Source: Gemmatimonadota bacterium
GTDB taxonomy: Bacteria > Gemmatimonadota > Gemmatimonadetes > Gemmatimonadales > GWC2-71-9
NCBI GenBank assembly: GCA_039589395.1
Contig: JBDHHK010000002.1
Span: forward strand, 1,337-65,336
Direction: 5' to 3'
Length of the DNA: 64,000 nt
Below are positions 35,456 through 44,780 of this stretch, in pieces. Position 1 is the first letter of the stretch. Each line of letters begins with the position of its first letter. The position numbers were made by a program, and so were the translations under genes. The notes under the pieces were generated by a model. That model searched no databases and was not told the DNA's origin. It worked only from the letters and a program-made list of their open reading frames with translations.

Positions 35456-37558
35456 CTAACGGCGCCGGATTTGCTCCCTGAGTATGTCGAAGACCTCCGG
35501 TTCTAGAGCATAAACCCGTTCAAACGCGGCAACTGTATATCCCTCTGTGGCTCCAACTGCATCCAGGAAGGCGCGTCTATATGGGGCTGCCAAGGTTGGA
35601 GCATAGAACTGGAGAATGAGGCTACCGCACCGAACCGCAGCGGTCCTCTGCAAGTCTTCCAATGCTTGGTCGTCTTCAGCAAAATCGGCGAGGTCACGGT
35701 CGTCAATGAGCAGAAAACAGAGTTCCTTGAGAAATGCAAACACCGTCCCATTTGGGCTGTCGGCATCAAGAGGTACCTGCACCGAGACCGTCTGATCCGT
35801 CGCCACGTATTCATCCATGTCGACGATGCGGCCCTCGGGACCGAGTGGAGGAGAGGGCACCACGAGGCCGGCAGTGAGGCGTCGCCTCGAAAGGTACGAC
35901 CCGAGCTGTGGAGCAAACGCCGAGTCCCATACAGACTGCACAGCGGAGTATCGAGTCTCCAACTGCTCGTCCATCCGCCCCCAGTAGTCGCGGTAGAACA
36001 CCTCCCATTCATTTTCAGCTACATCGATGATTTCGCGCAGCACACGCCGGTCGTGACCGGTAACGAACGTCTGGTTCGCCACAACCATACCAAACCGCAC
36101 GTCGCCACCACCAATCCCGGCTCTGTCTGGCCTTCCTCTTGCCACGGCTCGAAGTGCTTCGAGCATACGCATCGGAGTCGCCCGAGGAAAATACAACGGG
36201 ATGAAATGCACCATGTCGGTGTTGTTTCTGACTTCCTCGACAGAGCGACGCAAATCAGATGCGATAGAGTCGAGTTTCGTCGGATAGATGCCTAATTCCT
36301 GCTTTGCCTCCCTGATGTGCCGCGCATAGTCAGCGCTGTACAATCCCAGCGGTCCTGGTTCATCGGCCGCTGCTACCGCGAGCACGTGGTACCAGAGATC
36401 CACCTGAGGTTTGCTCTCGACCGACCAACTCGTGAGCGGTGGCGGCTCGTCACTGTCCATTCCCGGGGCAATCCGCAGACGAACGTCCAGCGAGTCAAGC
36501 ACCTCGGACTCCAGCCTGTAGGCCTCCTCGAACGCCGCTTCCGCATCGAGCCCAGGGTCCTCGATTCCCGCAGCCCGCAAATACACGCCGCGGAATTCGG
36601 CGGCAAGCTCCGGCGAATTGTGTTCGAGAAGACGCGACCCGCATCGGACCGCGGCACGCATCAGCGAGCCCGGACCCGCACCGCCGCCCGCAGATCCCAG
36701 AGCGTTGCCGGCAACGGAATAGCACATCTCACGCACAGCAGAGAAGAGACTCGCCCGCGGGTCGTTCCACGGAGGAGCCCAGACTGCGATTGCGTGAACG
36801 GTTCTTTGAAACGCACTTCCCGCAAACATGCGGCCCTCGAGCCCTAATGCCGGAGCGATGTATATCCGTCCGCTGTCGAGCTGTTCTTCAGCGCGGAATT
36901 CGGCGATCGCAGGCCCTACTTCGGTATCCCAGCGGCGGCGCATCACCGCTAGGTAGGTGGCGTCACCCGCGGCGGTCTGCTCCCTATAGTCGGAATAGAA
37001 GAGATCCCACTCAGATCCGAGGAGCTCTACGAATTCTCGCAACCATCGGCGCTGCCCACGTTCACGAAGCCGAGCCTCGAGGAGGCGCATTCCGGCACGC
37101 GTATCTCGCCCTGCGATCGTTGAATCCCGGGTGCGTTGCTCGGCGACTGCCATTAACGCCTGAAGCATTCGTTCGCGAGAAGCCATGGGAAAGTACAGTG
37201 GCACGAAATGAAACAGTTCGAATGCTCGATCTTTCTCGAATTCCTCACGCAACTTCTCGGCACGCTCGTCCAGGGGCGTGGGATGGATGCCCAGTTCTTG
37301 CTTGGCTGCCCGAACCCGTTCCAGATAGCCTACATCGTACATCGTTGGCTCATCTGTCTCGCCGAAGCCAAGAACCGCCAGTCCGTGATACCACAAATCC
37401 ACGCGAGGCTCAGACAGCAATGACCAACCACCGTTGAGATCAGTGGTGCCTTCCTGAGCAAACGCCGCGCGCGGCTCCGCAACCACCGCCGCGCAAAATA
37501 GGATTACGAGCACTCCCAACAACCGTCTATTCATTGTAAGTCCATGCTGTGACGTCAC
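35456..37558 (-). CDS. Exported hypothetical protein made of two ~320 aa internal repeats
   Basis: Signal peptide; duplicated PxVDLWYH, AKQELGI.PT.LD, HF.PLYFP, LG.EGR, AAVRCGS motifs. Confidence 0.75.
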   Translation of the reverse strand: MTSQHGLTMNRRLLGVLVILFCAAVVAEPRAAFAQEGTTDLNGGWSLLSEPRVDLWYHGLAVLGFGETDEPTMYDVGYLERVRAAKQELGIHPTPLDERAEKLREEFEKDRAFELFHFVPLYFPMASRERMLQALMAVAEQRTRDSTIAGRDTRAGMRLLEARLRERGQRRWLREFVELLGSEWDLFYSDYREQTAAGDATYLAVMRRRWDTEVGPAIAEFRAEEQLDSGRIYIAPALGLEGRMFAGSAFQRTVHAIAVWAPPWNDPRASLFSAVREMCYSVAGNALGSAGGGAGPGSLMRAAVRCGSRLLEHNSPELAAEFRGVYLRAAGIEDPGLDAEAAFEEAYRLESEVLDSLDVRLRIAPGMDSDEPPPLTSWSVESKPQVDLWYHVLAVAAADEPGPLGLYSADYARHIREAKQELGIYPTKLDSIASDLRRSVEEVRNNTDMVHFIPLYFPRATPMRMLEALRAVARGRPDRAGIGGGDVRFGMVVANQTFVTGHDRRVLREIIDVAENEWEVFYRDYWGRMDEQLETRYSAVQSVWDSAFAPQLGSYLSRRRLTAGLVVPSPPLGPEGRIVDMDEYVATDQTVSVQVPLDADSPNGTVFAFLKELCFLLIDDRDLADFAEDDQALEDLQRTAAVRCGSLILQFYAPTLAAPYRRAFLDAVGATEGYTVAAFERVYALEPEVFDILREQIRRR

Positions 37559-37762
37559 TTAATGACAACCCTCTCTGTGGTATTCGGTTGCGTTGTTGCG
37601 TGTTTCTACGGTTCCACCACCGAACTGCACCTAATAGCTGGCGCTTCCGAACGGGCGCCGTCAAAACTCGTTCATCTCAGTACCTTACACAGTAACCCCG
37701 AACGAGGTCCAACCACCCGGACGTGTTTGATCTAAACGTGCCTGGCCTCGCCGGGTGGCACG

Positions 37763-38218
37763 TCAACCCTTCTTTTTGCCAGCAATCCACTTGTCAACCG
37801 ACAGCTCCGATCGACCAAACAAGGCCAGCGCCGCCAAGCCAGCTATGTACAACACGTTAATCTCATATCCTGGCATGCCGAATTGCGGACCGGCGTCTGT
37901 CATTCCCGTGATATTCATAAAGTTGAACCCGGCTGGTAGATGCACTTTGAAGAGTGCGACCAGCATGTTCGTAATTAGCAATATTGACACGATTGGCACC
38001 AACGCGCCAACGATCAGCGCGATCCCGCCGAAAAACTCTAGTGCGCCAACCACCCAGGCCAAAACCACCGGAGCAGGAACCCCCAGGCTTTCCAGCATGC
38101 CGACGAACATATTGTGCCCGTCGCCGCTGAACAGCTTCGGGAAACCATGGTAAACGAATCCGAAGCCGACTGCCAATCTCAGCGGTAGCGATCCCCACCC
38201 TTTCACCCATTGTTGCAT
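37763..38218 (-). CDS. DoxX family membrane protein
   Basis: LRLAVG..F..HGFPK, EFFGG, GYE, SVD motifs. Confidence 0.9.
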   Translation of the reverse strand: MQQWVKGWGSLPLRLAVGFGFVYHGFPKLFSGDGHNMFVGMLESLGVPAPVVLAWVVGALEFFGGIALIVGALVPIVSILLITNMLVALFKVHLPAGFNFMNITGMTDAGPQFGMPGYEINVLYIAGLAALALFGRSELSVDKWIAGKKKG

Positions 38219-38375
38219 CTCTTACCTCGCATCTCATAGAACAAAGGCATTTCGTTACTTGTTTAGTGTCTTACGGATGCCCGAGATTACACCCCAGTGA
38301 GGTAGCAAAAACCGTATGCTGCCCACCTCACACCTTGCCGCTGATGCCGGTTATCCCTCCAATGCCGCGAATCCC

Positions 38376-38413
38376 CACTCTGCGCTTTCACTCTGGACTC
38401 TGCACTCTGCACA
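38376..38413. repeat. Heptamer tandem repeat (CACTCTG)
   Basis: CACTCTG at 38376, 38389, 38403; GACTCTG at 38396. Confidence 0.75.
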
Positions 38414-38423
38414 CCAACCCGTG

Positions 38424-38448
38424 TGCAAACATCAGCGACTGATTCGTC
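38424..38448 (+). promoter_or_regulatory. Candidate ECF sigma promoter
   Basis: TGCAAA-N15-CGTC upstream of the vWA-ECF-anti-sigma cluster. Confidence 0.4.
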
Positions 38449-38481
38449 CTGTCCAATAGAACAACCAACTGGGAGGACAAA

Positions 38482-40710
38482 ATGCGATCGTTGAAGACAC
38501 TTGCAGCGGCGCTACTCATTGCGGCTCCGGTTGCCGCACAGGGCTGGATCGAGCCGCTGCCGGGCAATCGTCAGAATGCCGTCCGCAAACTGCGTTCATC
38601 TGTCTCTGTGACAGTCACCGGGCGTGTGGCGTTAGTCGAGGTCGAAGAGTGGTTCGAGAATCGCGGGGTCGGGCTCGGCGAGGGTGACTATTTGTATCCA
38701 ATGCCGGGGGAGGCCGTGTTCAGCAATTTCTCACTGTTCCAAGGCGATCAGGAATTGCGCGGCGAGACAATGGACGCAGCTCGCGCCAGGTCGATCTACG
38801 AAGAGATAGTGCGGAAGAAGCGCGATCCCGCACTCATCGAGCTGGTTGGGCATGGGCTCATTAGGGCGCGGGTGTTTCCCATAAACGCCGGTGAGACCAG
38901 GAAAATCACCCTCCGCTTCACTCAGGTTTTGTCACGTGCTGGGGACGCTCTGCAATTCCAATATGCTGCCGGCGGCGTGACTCAGATGGACGTGCCTTTG
39001 AGCGAGGGTATTCGATCTCCTATGCGAGGTGAAACCCAAGCGCCTTTGAGTTTTCGGCTCGTCGCGGACAGCGGCGGTCTCTTCCGCGATCCCTTCTCGC
39101 CGACCCACGAAGTCCGTGTGGAGCGTAGTGACAATGGACGCCTTACCGTGCGACCAGTGGAAGAGCTGCACGGTGATTTCTCGATATTCCTGCCGTTCGC
39201 CCGTGACGTAGTGGGCATCACGCTTGCGGCCCATAGAACCGCCGGGGAAGATGGCTACTTCATGTTGACACTGTCTCCTGGGGAAGCCAGAGGGGCTACC
39301 CTACCGCGGGATGTTACAGCAGTTGTTGACGTATCTGGCTCCATGTCGGGCGAAAAACTCGATCAGGCGAAGGCTGCGCTTCGGCAATTAGTCTCTTCAC
39401 TCGGGGAGCGCGATCGCTTTCGGCTAGTTGCTTTCAGCAACCGTGTGCGAGCTCACCGTCGCGATTGGACACGTGTTACAGATGCTCAGATCAGAAACGC
39501 ACGCGCATGGATTGAAAATCTCTCCGCAGACGGCGGTACGAACATAGAGGGAGCCCTCGCAGAAGCTTTCCGTCTCGAATCGATTGAGGGTCGCATACCG
39601 ATGGTGATCTTTCTGACTGACGGTTTGCCGTCAGTGGGCGAGAATAATCCGGAGCGGCTGGCAGCACTCGCCGAGGACGACAGAGGGGACTCGAGGGTGT
39701 TCGCATTTGGCGTAGGTTACGACGTGAACACGTACCTGCTCGACAGGCTGTCCGATGCAGGTCGTGGTGCGACACAATATGTGGGCCCAGGGGAAGATGT
39801 CGAAGACGCGATCGGTCAGCTCGCGGCGAAAATTCAGCATCCCGTACTCGCCGACCTACAGCTTGCGAGGGCCCCGCTGGAACTCACTGAGGTGTATCCT
39901 GAGCGGCTGCCTGACCTGTTCGCGGGAGAGGACTTGGTGATCTTCGGACGCTACGAAGCTCCTAGTAGGGACATCACAGGTAGCCTGGCGGTATCGGGAC
40001 ACCGCAACAACAGAACAGAACGTTACGATGCAGAGGTTCGGTTTCCAGAACACAGCGGTGCAAATGACTTCATCCCCAGGCTGTGGGCATCGCGTAAACT
40101 CGGATACCTAACACAATCGGTCAGGCTCAACGGACCGAACGAAGAGTTGATCGAGGAGATCCGCGAGACTGCGTTGCGGTTCGGTCTGCTCAGCGAATAC
40201 ACATCTTACCTGGTGCAGGAACCCGAGGAAGTCGCAAATCGCGACAGACGCGCAGTCAGCGTCGGCGGGGTGCCGGCACTCGCAACACCTGCTGCTAGTC
40301 CGACGAGTCAGGCTTCGGGAGCCGGAGCAGTCATGGCGGCTGAACAGGCCCGAGTGCGGCGCGATGTCAGCACTGCATTCGATCTAGACGAAGCCGACAA
40401 GAAGGGTCTGGCCGGCCGCGCCGGGGGACCGAACGCGCGTCACGTGGCCGGTCGACTATTCATCGAGATTGACGGGCTGTGGACCGACCTGGCACACCAA
40501 GACTCGCTCGAAGTCATCGAGATAGAACAGTTCTCCGAAGCGTACTTCAAGGTGTTAGAGCGTCTACCAGAGCTAGAGGGATACTTGAAGGAATTCGGGA
40601 TGGTGTTAGTGGCCGGGAAGAACGTGAGCTTGAGAATCGGTGAAAGAGGCGAAGAGCGGCTGTCGCCCCTGAGGATTGGGCGTTTGGTGAGAGAGTTTAG
40701 AGGACATTAG
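38482..40710 (+). CDS. Exported VIT + von Willebrand A domain protein
   Basis: Signal peptide; AR.IYEEIV..RDPAL.E VIT motif; MIDAS DVSGSM, GGTN, LTDG; RLWA.R. Confidence 0.9.
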   Translation: MRSLKTLAAALLIAAPVAAQGWIEPLPGNRQNAVRKLRSSVSVTVTGRVALVEVEEWFENRGVGLGEGDYLYPMPGEAVFSNFSLFQGDQELRGETMDAARARSIYEEIVRKKRDPALIELVGHGLIRARVFPINAGETRKITLRFTQVLSRAGDALQFQYAAGGVTQMDVPLSEGIRSPMRGETQAPLSFRLVADSGGLFRDPFSPTHEVRVERSDNGRLTVRPVEELHGDFSIFLPFARDVVGITLAAHRTAGEDGYFMLTLSPGEARGATLPRDVTAVVDVSGSMSGEKLDQAKAALRQLVSSLGERDRFRLVAFSNRVRAHRRDWTRVTDAQIRNARAWIENLSADGGTNIEGALAEAFRLESIEGRIPMVIFLTDGLPSVGENNPERLAALAEDDRGDSRVFAFGVGYDVNTYLLDRLSDAGRGATQYVGPGEDVEDAIGQLAAKIQHPVLADLQLARAPLELTEVYPERLPDLFAGEDLVIFGRYEAPSRDITGSLAVSGHRNNRTERYDAEVRFPEHSGANDFIPRLWASRKLGYLTQSVRLNGPNEELIEEIRETALRFGLLSEYTSYLVQEPEEVANRDRRAVSVGGVPALATPAASPTSQASGAGAVMAAEQARVRRDVSTAFDLDEADKKGLAGRAGGPNARHVAGRLFIEIDGLWTDLAHQDSLEVIEIEQFSEAYFKVLERLPELEGYLKEFGMVLVAGKNVSLRIGERGEERLSPLRIGRLVREFRGH

Positions 40711-40730
40711 CGGCATATGCTTGATCTGCG

Positions 40731-40765
40731 GCATAGGCGGCATGGGATCGCCATACCGCCTATGC
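40731..40765. other. Strong intergenic hairpin built from GCGGCAT repeats
   Basis: gcataggcggcatgg-gatcg-ccataccgcctatgc; no U tract. Confidence 0.6.
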
Positions 40766-40790
40766 AACCGTTATTAGCTATCTTGGCACA

Positions 40791-41300
40791 ATGAGCATTG
40801 ACTGGGCAACCGTTTACACCGAGACCTACTCTGATTTGGTCCGCTTTCTTCACCGCAAGGTGTGGGATGCCGACAGGGCTCAGGATTTGGCACAGGAGGT
40901 GTTCGTGAAGGCGCTCGGTTCAAATCCGGACAACCCGCGGGCGTGGCTGTTTACAGTAGCAAACAACCTTGCGCGAGATGAGGCACGAGCAGCAGTGAGA
41001 CAGAAGAAGCACTTGGTCCTGATAAAGGGAGAGGCAGAGGCGAGACAGGAAACCGCGCCGCAGGCGGCCGAAGAAGTTGAACGAAACGAGAAGATGGAGG
41101 TCGTGCGCAGAGCGCTGGAGATGTTGAGCGAGAAGGACAGAACAGTGCTGTTGTTATGGGACGCGGGGTTCAACTACGACGAGATCGCCGAACAGACAGG
41201 CCTCTCAAAGGGTGCCATCGGGACAACGCTTGCCCGGGCACGCGCCAGATTGGTCGAAGCGCACGGGCGATTGGAGGACAAAGATGCCGCATCTGGATGA
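40791..41300 (+). CDS. ECF RNA polymerase sigma factor
   Basis: AQDLAQEVF, AWLFTVANN, region 4 Y.EIA...G...TLARAR. Confidence 0.92.
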   Translation: MSIDWATVYTETYSDLVRFLHRKVWDADRAQDLAQEVFVKALGSNPDNPRAWLFTVANNLARDEARAAVRQKKHLVLIKGEAEARQETAPQAAEEVERNEKMEVVRRALEMLSEKDRTVLLLWDAGFNYDEIAEQTGLSKGAIGTTLARARARLVEAHGRLEDKDAASG

Positions 41301-42507
41301 AGGATTGCTGCACACGTATTTGGACGGTGCACTGTCGCGTGAAGCAGACAAAGCGGCCGAAGCGTTCGAATCCAGGCAGGATGTCGAGCGACATCTGAAC
41401 GAATGCGCCGAGTGCCGCACGGCACTTGAAGACGCTCGGCAACTGCGGGAAGAATCCGCCAGGATTTTGTCAGCAGCAGGGCCCGGACGCGTGTCGATGC
41501 CGTCGTTCGAGGAGCTGCAGGCGAGAGCGGAGTCAGCCAGTTCAACTCTAAAGCAGCAAGCAGACACGGGCGTAGAGTCGCAGCGGCGAAGGTTGCTACG
41601 AATGAGGTCGCTTGCGTGGGCTGCAACCGTGGTGCTGGCCGCGACCGTGGGCTGGTATGCACGAACAGCGGTACTCACCTCAACACCGGATCAGTCCGTT
41701 TCGGAGAGTGAAACGGACGCTCAACTAACAATCCAAATTCCGCAAACTCACGATCTTGCCACCGCGGGAGATTCAGAACAGCAGGCGCCACGGCGCTCGA
41801 GAGCCGCGGTTGAGGAGGAGGGTTTGTTGGGCGCGGAGGCAGAGGAGGGAGCTGTGCGTGCGCTAGGTGAGCGCACAGCCACCATTGAAGCGGTGCAGCC
41901 GCCATCCAACCCACCTGCCGATACGGTTGCCGTCCGGAGAACTGTGGTTGCCGAACGCTCGGACGCACTTGGACCACCAAAGGGAGCTTCGGATACGGTT
42001 TCCATGCCTGATATCGTGAGGGTTGACTCGGGAGACAGAGTCGCGGCAACGGTCAACCAGCCCAAGGATCGTGACAGGATGGAATCGCCCCAGCCTCGAC
42101 AGGTCAGTGTGGTAAGTTCGGCACCGACAATGGCGCAGGTGACGGGCGGTCGCGGTGGAGGAGACGAATCTGAATGGACGAACGTAGACAAAGCGTCGGC
42201 TGAGGCGATTCTCCAACAGTCGGTTCCGAGAATCGAAGGGCTCACCGTGCTTGGATACGCAGCCCTGGTCGCCGCTGAAGGGCGTGTTGTGAGAATTCTC
42301 CAAGCGCTCGACTCAGGCAACGTGGTCGAACTTTTGGTGATGCGCGGCATCTCTGAGGATCTATCAACCGCGGACAAAAAGCGCGTCGAACCTACAGATG
42401 GACTCAACAGTCTCGTCGTTGTGCGAGACAATCTGAGTATTCGCCTTTCAGCTCCGGTGACCACCGATTCGCTGAGGGTATTGGGGCAGCAGATCGTGTC
42501 CCGATGA
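41284..42507 (+). CDS. Zinc-binding anti-sigma factor (ZAS) with TM and periplasmic region
   Basis: HLDEG..YLDG, HLNECAEC, TM LAWAATVVLA; overlaps sigma gene. Confidence 0.8.
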   Translation: MPHLDEGLLHTYLDGALSREADKAAEAFESRQDVERHLNECAECRTALEDARQLREESARILSAAGPGRVSMPSFEELQARAESASSTLKQQADTGVESQRRRLLRMRSLAWAATVVLAATVGWYARTAVLTSTPDQSVSESETDAQLTIQIPQTHDLATAGDSEQQAPRRSRAAVEEEGLLGAEAEEGAVRALGERTATIEAVQPPSNPPADTVAVRRTVVAERSDALGPPKGASDTVSMPDIVRVDSGDRVAATVNQPKDRDRMESPQPRQVSVVSSAPTMAQVTGGRGGGDESEWTNVDKASAEAILQQSVPRIEGLTVLGYAALVAAEGRVVRILQALDSGNVVELLVMRGISEDLSTADKKRVEPTDGLNSLVVVRDNLSIRLSAPVTTDSLRVLGQQIVSR

Positions 42508-42643
42508 GCCGGCATCGGTACCCGCTTTTCTGCCGCTAATCCGCTCAAAACGTCCTAGCGGCCGGTTGTCGTTGGGCGTATCTTCCCTTCGCAACCACGA
42601 TCGAGAAAAAACCGCAGCTAGCGAGCCACGGAGAGAGGTCGGA

Positions 42644-43750
42644 TTGTCTACTCGATATAGCGTCCCCGGAACCAATAAGGTGTTGGTTGTAATCCATGAC
42701 GATGAAGCGCGAACCGCAGTAGAGAACTTCCTCGCGGAGAACGGATACGCTGTCGAGGTAGTTGACCAAGGATCGGATGCGCTCACCGCGTTGTATGAGG
42801 GCGAGGCTGGTATCGCTCTAGTCGACATAGACCTACCTCATATGAAGGGTGCCGAATTGGTCACGAAGGCACTCGAGGCCGATCCCAACCTGGCGATAGT
42901 CGTTATTACTGAACCTGATGATGCCACTAACGCGGCGATATGCTTGCAGCGTGGGGCTCTCGACTACCTGACCAAGCCAGTCGATCTGGCTAGAGTAAAG
43001 GCGGCAGTTGACCGCGCATTGCGGCACGTAAATACCGAGCTCCAGTCTCAAGAGATCTCCGCATGGCTGAAGCACGAACTCGTCGAGAGAACACAGGAGC
43101 TGGAACGACAACGTCAGAAGCTCGAGCAGGTGAACATAGCCACGCTTGAAGCTCTGCTGAACGCACTCGAGGCCAAGTACCCGGACTTCGTGGGTCACTC
43201 TGTCAGGGTCGCAGATCTTTCCGCATCTATCGCTGCCGAACTCGGCCTTGATGACGACGACGTCGAAGCGGTCAGAGCAGCCGGTCGCCTTCACGATATC
43301 GGAAGAGTAGGCATTCGCGACGCTGTCCTCAGCAAGAAAGGCCCACTCACACATACAGAGCAGGAACATGTAAAAGAGCAGGTTGTGATTGGGTTCCAGA
43401 TACTATCACCGCTGGAGCACCTGGGCTCCGTCAGGGAGTACGTGCGAAGTCATCACGAACACTGGGATGGAAGTGGCTATCCAGACGGCCTGAAGGGTGA
43501 AGACATTCCAATTGGAGCAAGGATTCTTTGTGCGGCTGAAATATTCGATGCCATCACCAGCCCGCGACCATACCAAGAACCGATGACTCCGGAGCGCGCA
43601 ATGGACTTGATGTACCGTCTCGCGGGAGAAACCCTAGATCGCCGGGTTGTGGATGCTATGGCGCAGACGGTGAAGCGACACCGCACACTCATTTTTATGA
43701 GTGATGGCCCCACCCACCAGCCAACCGAAGTGCCTCCGGACGCGGAATAG
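42644..43750 (+). CDS. Response regulator with HD-GYP domain
   Basis: REC domain, GHS.RV, LHDIG, HHEHWDGSGYP; start uncertain (42566 or 42644). Confidence 0.88.
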   Translation: MSTRYSVPGTNKVLVVIHDDEARTAVENFLAENGYAVEVVDQGSDALTALYEGEAGIALVDIDLPHMKGAELVTKALEADPNLAIVVITEPDDATNAAICLQRGALDYLTKPVDLARVKAAVDRALRHVNTELQSQEISAWLKHELVERTQELERQRQKLEQVNIATLEALLNALEAKYPDFVGHSVRVADLSASIAAELGLDDDDVEAVRAAGRLHDIGRVGIRDAVLSKKGPLTHTEQEHVKEQVVIGFQILSPLEHLGSVREYVRSHHEHWDGSGYPDGLKGEDIPIGARILCAAEIFDAITSPRPYQEPMTPERAMDLMYRLAGETLDRRVVDAMAQTVKRHRTLIFMSDGPTHQPTEVPPDAE

Positions 43751-43843
43751 AAAGACCCTGACAGTTCCTAGCGTGTTTTCCGTTCCAATCCTCGGTAATG
43801 CTACCGTGGAGTACTTGCAGCAGTTGTTCTTCGAGCACCTTCC

Positions 43844-44770
43844 ATGAATCAGACCCTGGTCGTCTTGGCGGCCGGCCTATCGACCCGTTACGGTGGCAAC
43901 AAACAGCTGGCATCGGTAGGCCCAAGTGACGAAGTACTGCTCGACTATGCCGTTTACGACGCCGCGCGGGCTGGATTCACCGGTGTGACGTTTGTGATCC
44001 GCCAGGAGCTCGAACGGGACTTTCAGGAGCACGTTGCCCTGAGGTTTGGTACCGATTTGCAGGTCAACTTTGCTTATCAAGAGTTGTTGGATCTGCCAGA
44101 GAAGTTCGAACTGCCCGACAATCGCGTCAAACCATGGGGCACGGCTCACGCGATACTGGCCGTTAGAAAAATGGTCGGAGAGCCATTCGTTGTCATCAAT
44201 GCCGACGACTTCTATGGTAGATCGGCGTACGTATCGTTGCACGATTTCCTCGAGCACGAGCAAGGCTCTAACGCACCGCAGTTTGCGATGATCGGCTACA
44301 CGCTTCGAGAAACTCTCTCGGAGTTCGGAGGAGTGTCACGCGGTATCTGTAAGTGCGATGACCGAGGTTTCCTCGAACAGCTCGTGGAAGTGAAAGAAAT
44401 CGACGTAATCAACGGAAAGATCTCCGGAGTCACCACAGCCGGAGAAGGTTATTCCTTGCAGGGTCACGAAACCGTGTCGATGAACATCTGGGCGCTTTCG
44501 CCCGCTGTCTTTCCGATCTTGGAGAAGCAATTTGCAGGATTCCTGTGCGAGCACGGTGCCGACCCAGATGCCGAGTTTTTGATAAGTAGTGCCCTCAACC
44601 AACAGGTTACGGCGAGTATTGCACGGTTGAAGGTGATTGCGGCCGCCGAAAACTGGTTTGGAATGACATTCCAAGCAGACAGGCCAAACGTAATCCGCAA
44701 AATCGCGTCGTTGGTCGAGCACGGCGTGTATCCGGAAAGCCTAACCTCCTGGTTTCAGGGGAATCGATGA
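43844..44770 (+). CDS. Sugar nucleotidyltransferase
   Basis: LAAGLSTRYGG.K, KPWGTAHA, INADDFYG, SMN.W, WFGMT. Confidence 0.88.
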   Translation: MNQTLVVLAAGLSTRYGGNKQLASVGPSDEVLLDYAVYDAARAGFTGVTFVIRQELERDFQEHVALRFGTDLQVNFAYQELLDLPEKFELPDNRVKPWGTAHAILAVRKMVGEPFVVINADDFYGRSAYVSLHDFLEHEQGSNAPQFAMIGYTLRETLSEFGGVSRGICKCDDRGFLEQLVEVKEIDVINGKISGVTTAGEGYSLQGHETVSMNIWALSPAVFPILEKQFAGFLCEHGADPDAEFLISSALNQQVTASIARLKVIAAAENWFGMTFQADRPNVIRKIASLVEHGVYPESLTSWFQGNR

Positions 44771-44780
44771 GATTGAACCG

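Noticed and set aside
36439-37437. 332 aa plus-strand ORF
   Set aside because: Arg/Pro-rich shadow of the duplicated-domain gene
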